A DNA stretch of 64,000 nucleotides from Octopus sinensis (Eukaryota), in assembly GCF_006345805.1 (NCBI RefSeq), contig NC_043012.1, positions 39,990,001 to 40,054,000 on the forward strand, in the 5' to 3' direction. Numbering within the stretch: position 1 is the stretch's first letter; every line of letters starts with the position of its first letter. The position numbers were made by a program, and so were the translations under genes. Below are positions 55,291 through 64,000 of this stretch, in pieces. The notes below the pieces were generated by a model. The model was not told the origin of the DNA. It was given only the letters and a program-made list of their open reading frames with translations, and made no database searches.

Positions 55291-56623
55291 CAGTAATTTT
55301 ATTTTTATAGCGTGCTTTCACTTCACTACCGAGCGCAGCTCTGTGTGCCTTGGGTATATGCTGTGATTTGTTGTGATACTCTGATGGTTACTGTATTGAA
55401 AGTGTTCTGCGTAGGATGTGTGCAGTGCCTAATAGTGCAATTTTCTGTATGTTATATGTGTTTGTAAGTCCTGGTGTTTTTGTTATGTATTTGTCTGAAT
55501 ATTTTTTTATCATGCTACTATGATAGGAATTGTTTCTGTGTTTAAATTCCACATTCAAGTTACCTCTATTTCCAAGTCTTTGTATTTTGAAAGTTTCTCC
55601 ATTTCTTTTAGAGACACGTTGTCATCAGCCGGTATTGATACATCAATTAGAAAGCATTTTTTCTTCATGATCTCTAACAACTATATCTGGTCTGTTGGCC
55701 TTAATTTCTCTATCTGTGTGTATCGGCATATCCCAGAGTATGGTTGCTTTCTCGTTTTCTGTGACCTTTTCTGGTGTGTGCCTATACCACCTTTTTTCTG
55801 TTGTTATTCCATAATGTTGGCATAGCTTCCAGAGTATGTAGGTTCCAACTCTGTCGTGTCTGTGAATATATTCCTTCTTAACCAGGACTGGGCAGCCAGA
55901 GATAATATGATTTATTGTTTCTTGTCCATCTCCACATATTCTGCAGTTACTTGTTATATTTCTTTTCATTACATGTTTTTGGTAATTTCTGGTGGGGAGA
56001 TTTTGGTCTTGTGCTGCAATTAAAAATCTCTTTGTCTCTGCTTTGAGTCCTGAGCTTCTCAACCACTGCTGGGATTTTTCTTTGTCTGTTTCTTTTGCAT
56101 TTAGTTTAGTCCAGTACTTGCCAGAAGGGGCTTTTCTTGCCATCGTTTTATCATGGTCCGTTGCTGTTCTAGTTTTAGTTTTGATTTCATTTGCTTCATA
56201 GCTTTTGTTGTGTTTCCTTCTTCTTCTTTTTCTTCATATTTGTTAGGTGGTATGATTTCTTGTTTGTATTTTTCAGCTTCCTTAAATACTGAGAACAATT
56301 TTTGTTTTGCTCGTGTTTTGCCGCTATTTGTATAAGTTTTCCTTGCTTCTGAAGTAGATATTTTTGCAGTCCTCTGGTGGTTATTTTATAGTAGCTTTCC
56401 AGCTGTATAAGGCCTCTACCACCTTCTACACTTTGTATATATAGCCCTTCTATGTCAGATTTTGGGTGATGCATCCTAGATCCTGTCAGTATTTTTCTTG
56501 TTTTCCCATCTATTTTGGCTAGCTCATTTAGTGTCCAGTTAAGGATATTGTAGCTGTAACTTATAACTGGGACGGCTAAAGTGTTAATACCTATTATCTT
56601 GTTTTTAGCATTGAGCTCTGTTT

Positions 56624-56625
<2 letters not shown>
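55291..56625 (-). pseudogene. 5'-truncated R4/Dong-clade non-LTR retrotransposon (RT thumb, CCHC finger, restriction-like endonuclease, 3' UTR)
   Basis: IIKTELNAKNKIIGINTLAVPVISYS..MHHPKSDIEGLY..GGRGL..LKAETKRFLIAAQDQ..CRICGDGQETINHIISGC..RHD..NRPDIVV..LIDVSIPADDN..EKLSKYKDLEIE..LLGTAHILRRTLSIQ*; stop at 55388-55390; several frameshifts and stops; (ATT)n at both ends. Confidence 0.92.
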
Positions 56626-56662
<37 letters not shown>

Positions 56663-56664
56663 TT

Positions 56665-57040
56665 GAGCCAGTGAGCTAGTAGAATTGTTAGCACACCGGA
56701 CAAAATACTTAATGGTATTCCTTCGGTCTTTACGTTCTGATTTCAAATTTCGTCAAGGTCCACTTTGCCTTTCATCCTTTCGGAGTCTGTAAAATCAGTA
56801 ACTGTTGAGCCCTGGGGGTCAATGTAATTGACTTCCTCCCCACAACCTCAAAAACTGCTGTCCCTGTGCCAAAATTTGAAACCATTATTATTACTATTGC
56901 AACGACAATCGGTAGGTTTTTCAAGCAAAACACGTCGCGGTATTTTGTTACGTTCCTTTACATTCTGAAATTCAAACCTTACTGCGATCTGCTTTGTCTT
57001 TCATCCTCCTTAGGTTGATATTCTACAATACCAGTCACAT
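56665..57040 (+). mobile_element. SINE family A plus a degraded second copy
   Basis: Consensus match at 56665-56883 ending tttgaaaccattatt; weaker match afterwards. Confidence 0.8.
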
Positions 57041-57867
57041 GCTGAGGCCGACCATGTGACCATACCATTTCCCAAAAATGTACAGCCTTATGGTGCCTCC
57101 TGCAAAAGCATTTTCATTGTTATTTTCAGATAGTCAAATATTGGAGAAAAAACATTTTTCTGAAAATTTACCACAAATAGCTGTGTGGCTAATAAGTTCG
57201 TTTCTCAACCTGCAGGTTATGAGATCGATCCATTGCATGGTGTCTTGTGTATATAATTTGTGTATACTATCGCCTCTGGTTGACCAAAATCTGGTGAATG
57301 AAATTGATAGACCGAAACTACTGAAAGAGCCTTTCATGCTCGTCGCGATCGATCCGTTTAACTGGGTTAAACTCTGGTCGATTTACAATATCTATATCGG
57401 TCAGTGAGCACCAGTGTCTCACTATTTTTATTGCAACCAAAAAGCAGCTCTTACACTTCAGGAAAACATCATCGTTTTATGAGTTGTGGTAAATTATCTC
57501 CCCTTTGCATGATAGGCAACCGTCTGTTTTCAACTCCCCTGAATTATGTTTCTTATTTTGTTTTGTCCTTTGTCTTTTTGTCTTTTCCTCTTCTCTATTT
57601 CACATGTTCTGTCTTCTCATGTCTTCGCTTGTTCACTTCTAAACTCTAATTTCTGCTTCTTTTTTAAGCTGTTCTATCTTGTGTCCTATCTTCTATTTTC
57701 TTCCCTTATATTCTCTCCTTCTCTCTAACCTTCTCTGTTATCCACTGTATTTATGTCCTTCTCCATTCTGTGTGTTTTTCTGAATTTTCTTATGTCTTCT
57801 GTCTATTATTTTATTATTATTGTTCTTCTATCTCGGTCCCCCCTGCCTTTTCTTTTCAGCTCCCTCT

Positions 57868-57932
<65 letters not shown>

Positions 57933-58377
57933 TCCATTCTATATTTTCCCTTCGTCCAGCATTTATTTCGCTAATGTCCTCTCTTTCTTCCGTTGTTTTC
58001 CGTCTCGCTTTGCTTCCTTTGTCTTTTACAACATTTTCCCATCTTATTCTCCATCATCAACCTCCTCACCCATTATTTTCCAACAAAACCTTCCAAACAC
58101 TTCGACGACCAAATGTTTCATCCACAGATCACTTCATTGCTCATCTTTCAATGTACGATCAAATCCATTCAGATACCTCCAACTAACAACAGATCAAAAT
58201 TAGAATTAATCTCAAGTTTTGGTGACGAATATAATCTCTAAGATTTAACTGTTAACATTACTCTTGTACAAGACTAAAAAGATCGCAGAGTGGGCCGTAG
58301 AGACTAGATGACTAAACTGACTCCAGTACAAAGCTGGTATCTATTAGATCTTGATGCTGTAAAGGTTAATATCGCTT

Positions 58378-58588
58378 CCAAGTTTTGATACAAGGTCAAC
58401 AATTTCGGGAGAGTGGGTAAGTCGGTTTTACATCGACCCCAGTGACCAACTGGTACTTATTCTATCGACCTTGAAAGGATGAAAGGCAAAGTCGACCTCG
58501 GTGCTATTTTAACTCAGAACGTAAACACGGACGAAGTGCCGCTAAGCATTTTATCCGGCATTTAACGATTCTTCCAGCTCGTCGCCTT
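58378..58588 (-). mobile_element. SINE family A
   Basis: Reverse-complement consensus match. Confidence 0.88.
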
Positions 58589-59339
58589 ATGTAAAGGTTA
58601 ATACCAACCCTGCAATATTTGAACCTAGGACTCTATGAAGTACTGTAAGCCACCTACCCTAGTTTTCCACAGTTTTCTTCCACCTTACCACTTAGTAATA
58701 ACTATAATTTATAAGGACATGTATTTTAAGGGACGCTATAGTCAACGAATAGGGAGCCTGTTGTTATATATTTGAATGCTGCGTTGTATTAAATGTAATC
58801 TAATAAACATTTTTTTCTTTATTAAATAAACGGGGAAAATGTAATTACATTTATTGTGAAAATTTAATTATGAATATTAAAGTAAGAAATAAGTGAAAAC
58901 TGCAAGGGTTTTTCCGATGCGCTACCTATTCTTCCTCCCACCCCCTCAATAATAATAATAATTATTATTATTATTATTATTTCTGTAATTGGCTGCGAAG
59001 ACCCAATACGTTGGAGTTATTACAACGTCGAACTGGAAAAGAAAACAGCAAGACAAGAGTAGGGGAGGGGGGAGGCGTTACATGAATAAAAGTCTAAGAT
59101 TAATAATGACAATATTTGATAAATAAATTACTAAAAACAACAATAAATATAACATTTTAAAGAACAATAATAATGATGATTCCTGACAAAGTTAGAGAAC
59201 CAAATAATTTGAGGAAAAAGAACAGTCGTAGATATTGATTTCAATAGTTGACTCGTATTTTACTGACTCCACAAAAATGTAAGGCAAATTTGGACTCGGT
59301 GGAATTTGACCTCTGAACGTTAAAAGCTGGAACAAGTAT

Positions 59340-59703
59340 AACAAGGGCACTCGGAGAGCGCAAACCTCCGCCTAGGTAACACCTCGCAACGGTTAGCAGG
59401 AGATGATTTTCAAAATGAGAACATCTGAAATAAACTCGACTGCTCTCACAAACGAGAATACTAAAAATGAACCCAACCACTCTCAAAAGTTAAATAAATA
59501 AAAAAAAACAGGAAAAATAATCTAGAATCCTTGACCGGTGCCGGATCGATCCCAAAATCTATTCGGTTCGTACCAGTCACGAGGCCAAACATCTCTGAAA
59601 GTTTCATCCGAATCCACCCAACGGTTCTTGAGATATGTTGTCGACGGACAAACAAATACAACTGAAAACAATACCTCCGCCTTCGCTAAGGCGAAGGTAA
59701 TAA
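59340..59703 (+). mobile_element. Helentron-associated non-autonomous element (HINE/DINE-1-like) nested in an old SINE
   Basis: 5' aacaagggcactcggagagcgcaaACCTCCGCC (subterminal IR at 59364-72); 3' gacggacaaacaa microsatellite, then hairpin TACCTCCGCCTT-CGCT-AAGGCGAAGGTA (59672-59699); splits a minus-strand family A remnant. Confidence 0.72.
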
Positions 59704-60024
59704 GGCATTATAGCCAATGTTCTACCAGTCCTACCACGTCGTCATGTCTTACAGTTCCTGCGGTACTTTCTTACATTCACCATAAAGCCACACCTTTGTA
59801 AATTTAGGGATATATTTGTTAGAATCAATCCTGTTCAGAGCAATAAAAGGTAAAAAAGACAAACCCTGGTGAATTTCCAAATGGAAACGTAACAAGACAA
59901 AACTAAACACTACGAAGCAACTAGTCCGGCGCTCCACTCTTATAATTTTCGGTCTTAGTATTATTTTTAACATGACTTGTTTTAATATCACAATCCTAAC
60001 CTTGATTAATATTACAGTCCTAAA

Positions 60025-60237
60025 AAGGCAGCGAGCAGGCAGAAACGTTGACCCGCCGGGCGAAATACTTAGCGGTACTTCGTCTGTCTTTACGCTCTGA
60101 GTTCAAATTCCGCCGAGATCGACTTTGCCTTTTATCCTTTCGAGGTCGATAAATTAAGTACTAGTTGCGTACTGGGTCAATCTAATCGACTGGCCCCCTC
60201 CCCAAAAATTTCGGGCCTTGTACCTAGAATAGAAAAG
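60025..60237 (+). mobile_element. SINE family A with apparent target-site duplication
   Basis: Flanked by aatattacagtc at 60008-60019 and 60238-60249. Confidence 0.9.
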
Positions 60238-60385
60238 AATATTACAGTCTTGAAATTAACTTTACGATTTAACATTACATTATAACAGTCTTAAGATCAA
60301 CAGTCTTGACAGTAAGATCTTTACATTAAAAAATCTTATCAACACAATCTTAACCTTAAAGTCTTGACATCTTAGTCTTAATATT

Positions 60386-60745
60386 CTTTTTCTACTCTAG
60401 GCACAATGCTCGAAATTTTAGAAGAGGGGGCTAGTCGATTAGATCAACGCCAGTGCGTAACTGGTACTTATTTTATCGACCGCGAAAGGATGACCGGCAA
60501 TGTCGACCTCGGTGGAATTTGAACTCAGAACGTAGCGACAGACGAAATACCTATTTCTTTACTACCCACAAGGGGCTAAACACAGAGAGGACAAACAAGG
60601 ACAGTCAAACGGATTAAGTTGATTATATCGACCCCAGTGCGTAACTCGTACTTTATTTATCGACCCCGAAAGGATGAAAGGCAAAGTCGACCTCGGCTGA
60701 ATTTGAACTCCGAACGTGCTAACCATTCTGCCAGCTCGCCGCCTT
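60386..60745 (-). mobile_element. Dimeric SINE family A variant
   Basis: Two core units joined by a ~70-bp linker (60549-60618); the first monomer has an internal deletion. Confidence 0.85.
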
Positions 60746-61718
60746 CATATTAGTCTTCATACTACAGTAACAACTTACTTTTAACATTAGTTTTTTTATA
60801 CTACAATCTTAGCATAACAATAACAGTAGTTTCAAAATTTTAGTCTTAACATTACACGTATGACGTCCTTAATATAAGATGAACATTAGTCTTAATATTG
60901 CAGTACTAAATCAGTCTTAATCTTAGTTTCTTAATATCACAGTCTTATATTTTGTCTTGATATTTCAGTTTTAACTTTAAAGTCATAACATTAGTCTTAA
61001 CATTAAAGTTAATTTAACAATTTATTCCTCAATATCCAAACAGTCTCAATTTTAACGATGTTTCTAAGAATTCTCTCCCAAACAAAACTACTTCATGTAG
61101 CTCTTTTCTCCATTGCATAATTTTGTCTTTAGTGCTTTCTTTCTAAGTTTATTTCCCCATTTTTGCAATGGATGAGATGGAATCTTTGTAAATTTGAATA
61201 TTTGCATATTCTTGGAGAATTTGGCATTTTTTTTTTTTCGCTTTTCTGTTATTGTTATTTGAGTAATTCTTTATTTTATTTTTAACGAAACAGACTCCGC
61301 AGTAGTTTTGCCATTCTTTATATTCGAATAAGAACACAAGAATTTTAGGATATAAGGTATAATAACAGCAATTTATAACGACAGCTAGAGAGGTATTAAA
61401 ATCAAATCTTCACTTCGGCAAGATTTGAAGTCAGGGACATATAAAACGTAACTTAATACTGCAAAAAATGTTAATTCAGATCTCTGCCAATTCTACACCT
61501 CCTCTACATTAGTCCAGCTTGCTATCATTTCTGCTATTCCTCGAGTTCAGTCCATCTTTCTACCATTTCTGCTATTCTTCCAAGTTGTTCCAGCTTGGTA
61601 ACGCCTCAGCTACTCTTTTCACCAAATTTTCTGGCATACAATACCATGTGGTATAATGGTGTAATCATACAGTGTAGACATTCAAACATCGTCTCTCACA
61701 CACACACACACACACACA

Positions 61719-61766
<48 letters not shown>

Positions 61767-62705
61767 AAATCCTCCTGAATTTCACATAGAATTTTGGGAT
61801 TCCAAAAGTCGTTTGCACCTATATGTCGACCTACCTCTGTCTCATTTTAAATGTTTCCCTGTAAACTTCGATTTGTATGCCAGAGAATACGTTATACCAC
61901 TCTCTACCAGTTCTGTTATTCCTCCAAGTTGACCCAGCTTTCTAACGCCTCTATTACTCTCCAATGTTCCACACCGGGTCAGTTCTGATTGACCGGAACT
62001 ATGATCAAAAAGCTCTTCAGCTGTCACTATCCTGACTTTGTGTTTCCAAACATGGAGTGTTTAATAACCACCTTACCAAATATATCACAGAAACACTTTC
62101 TTTGTCTCCAATATTTAGCTATGTGGATAGGTGGTTGCATTGCTAGGTCCTAAGTTCACTTTCTGTGCGTGACATCTTAAGCAAATATCTTTTATACTCT
62201 AGCTTTAGGCTGATCCAAGCAGTGCGAGTAAAACTGTTGAATCGCCTTATATTGACAGCCTGTAATTTAAAGGTTTGGTGTTGTTACGCAAAGTCACGCT
62301 GATCCTGGTTTGGAATTATATTAAGGATATCTGTGCTTGTGGAACTAGCAAAAACCATTTGCATTTATGTATTATATATGTGGAAAATATAATTCTATAT
62401 ATAAAATAAAGGAATGGATAAGTGCAGTTATACTCTACGCCTGTCTTCAAAGCAGAAAAAAAATCCATATTATGAGAATAAATTACTTCATAATTTATGA
62501 TGCAATCTGCCTTTCCTTCAGGTGCGAACTGCTATATATCAAATCGAATCCCGGATAATGTATATACGTATGTATGTGTGTATATATATATTGTGTATAT
62601 ATATATATATATATATATGACAGAAGATGGATGGAACATATTTTATTACACATATCACAATTTTTCCCGGATTATATTAAAATGTGGGCGTGTGTGTGCA
62701 CTTTC

Positions 62706-62762
<57 letters not shown>

Positions 62763-62768
62763 TATGTA

Positions 62769-62811
<43 letters not shown>

Positions 62812-63617
62812 AAAGCGATCATGTGGATGAAAGTGTTTATATTTGCATGTATGTTCGTGTGTCTGCATACGAGTGTGTGTGCGTTCCTGCGTGAACTGTT
62901 TTTCTTTTTTTTTCCTACCGCTCTTTATCACAGACTGAACATGTTTCACGTTAAATAGTGAAGACGGTCAGCACTTGAAACCGCCGTCCTCCACACTACA
63001 CAGACAGCAAGATCGTGTTTTAGACAACAAACAACATCAACAATACTGAGATTTTTATTTTCTTGTTACTGTTGTTACTGCTGTTTAACCTAAGGTCAGT
63101 TCTGACCAAGCAGGCCTATGATTAAAAGACATTCCAATTGCGACCTTCTCTTCTTTTTCTCTCTTTTTCAAAACGATGGGTGGTCGGGTGTGCTTCGAAG
63201 GTTGTGGCGTCATCGTTGTTATTGCTGTTGTTGTTATTCCCCGTGACAGACACATCAAGCAAGAACACTGATCAACAGTCTTCCAGCCAAGACCATTCTG
63301 CCTTAATCTTTCTGACAGCATAGTGTATCTAAGACCACAATTTGCAATGTGTCTGTGACATTCATAAATCAGTACGATGCAATTTAAGGTGAAGTAACCC
63401 TAAAACCGCTATTAAATCTCACAAAGGTCTAAACGAGACACACCTACCATCATACAGCGTGATGTATAACTGCACTAAACTATAGTAACACAGTTAATAT
63501 ATAATTACTAATTGATATATAACAGATAAAAATAAAAATAAACTGGCATAATATAATAAAACTATTGCTTCATAGAGAACTCGAAACACGGTCGTGATTT
63601 TAATGTTTGAAAGAAGA

Positions 63618-64000
63618 TAGGTAGCGAACTGGCTGAGTCGTGAGCACGCCGGGCGAAATGCTTAGCGGTATTTCGTCTGCCGCTACGTTCTGAGTTCAAA
63701 TTCCGCCGAGGTCGACTTTGCCTTTCATCCTTTCGGGGTCGATAAATTAAGTACCAGTTACGCACTGGGGTCGACGTAATCGACTTAATACCTATGTTTG
63801 TCCTTGTTTGTCCCCTCTGTGTTTAGCTCCTTGTGGGTAATAAAGAAATAGGTATTTCATCTGCCGCTACGTTCTGAGTTCAAATTCCGCCGTGGTCGAC
63901 TTTGCCTTTCGTCCTTTCGGGATCGATAAATTAAGTACCAGTTACGCACTGGGATCGATGTAATCGACTGCCACCCAAAAATTTCGGGCCTTGTGCCTAG
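63618..64000 (+). mobile_element. Dimeric SINE family A variant (runs off the window end)
   Basis: Two core units joined by the same linker (63784-63853) as at 60549-60618. Confidence 0.88.

Larger units (their letters stand above)
59945..61025. repeat. Degenerate satellite built on AGTCTTAACATT(AC), interrupted by SINEs
   Basis: Dozens of agtcttaa / ttaacatta / attacagtc motifs at 59945-60020, 60240-60385 and 60745-61025. Confidence 0.75.

Noticed and set aside
62522-62567. Possible exon ttccttcag|GTGCG...ATAC|gtatgt
   Set aside because: The donor is supplied by the adjacent (TATG)n microsatellite and the peptide is unrecognisable.

Overview
AT-rich, microsatellite-saturated eukaryotic DNA, mostly intronic or intergenic. 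The SINE repertoire and (TA)n/(CA)n/(TATG)n load strongly resemble an octopus (cephalopod) genome; this is inference, no search was run. Almost all ORFs in the supplied track are artefacts of simple repeats. Supported content: about 25 copies of three tRNA-type SINE families, including an Alu-like dimeric variant; two different 5'-truncated R4/Dong-clade non-LTR retrotransposon relics (16.5-17.3 kb and 55.3-56.6 kb), both sitting in (TAA)n tracts that are SINE tails; a ~550-bp non-coding element also bounded by (ATT)n; a non-autonomous Helitron; a Helentron/DINE-1-like HINE; hAT and Tc1/pogo MITEs; several hairpins; and a few isolated candidate exons of unidentified genes. The most striking signal is a structurally complete type I hammerhead ribozyme at 23441-23526, inside a ~200-bp (TA)n-flanked Penelope-like fragment. 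Variant hammerhead-like cores occur at about 2.4, 3.4 and 44.1 kb. SINE boundaries are approximate.
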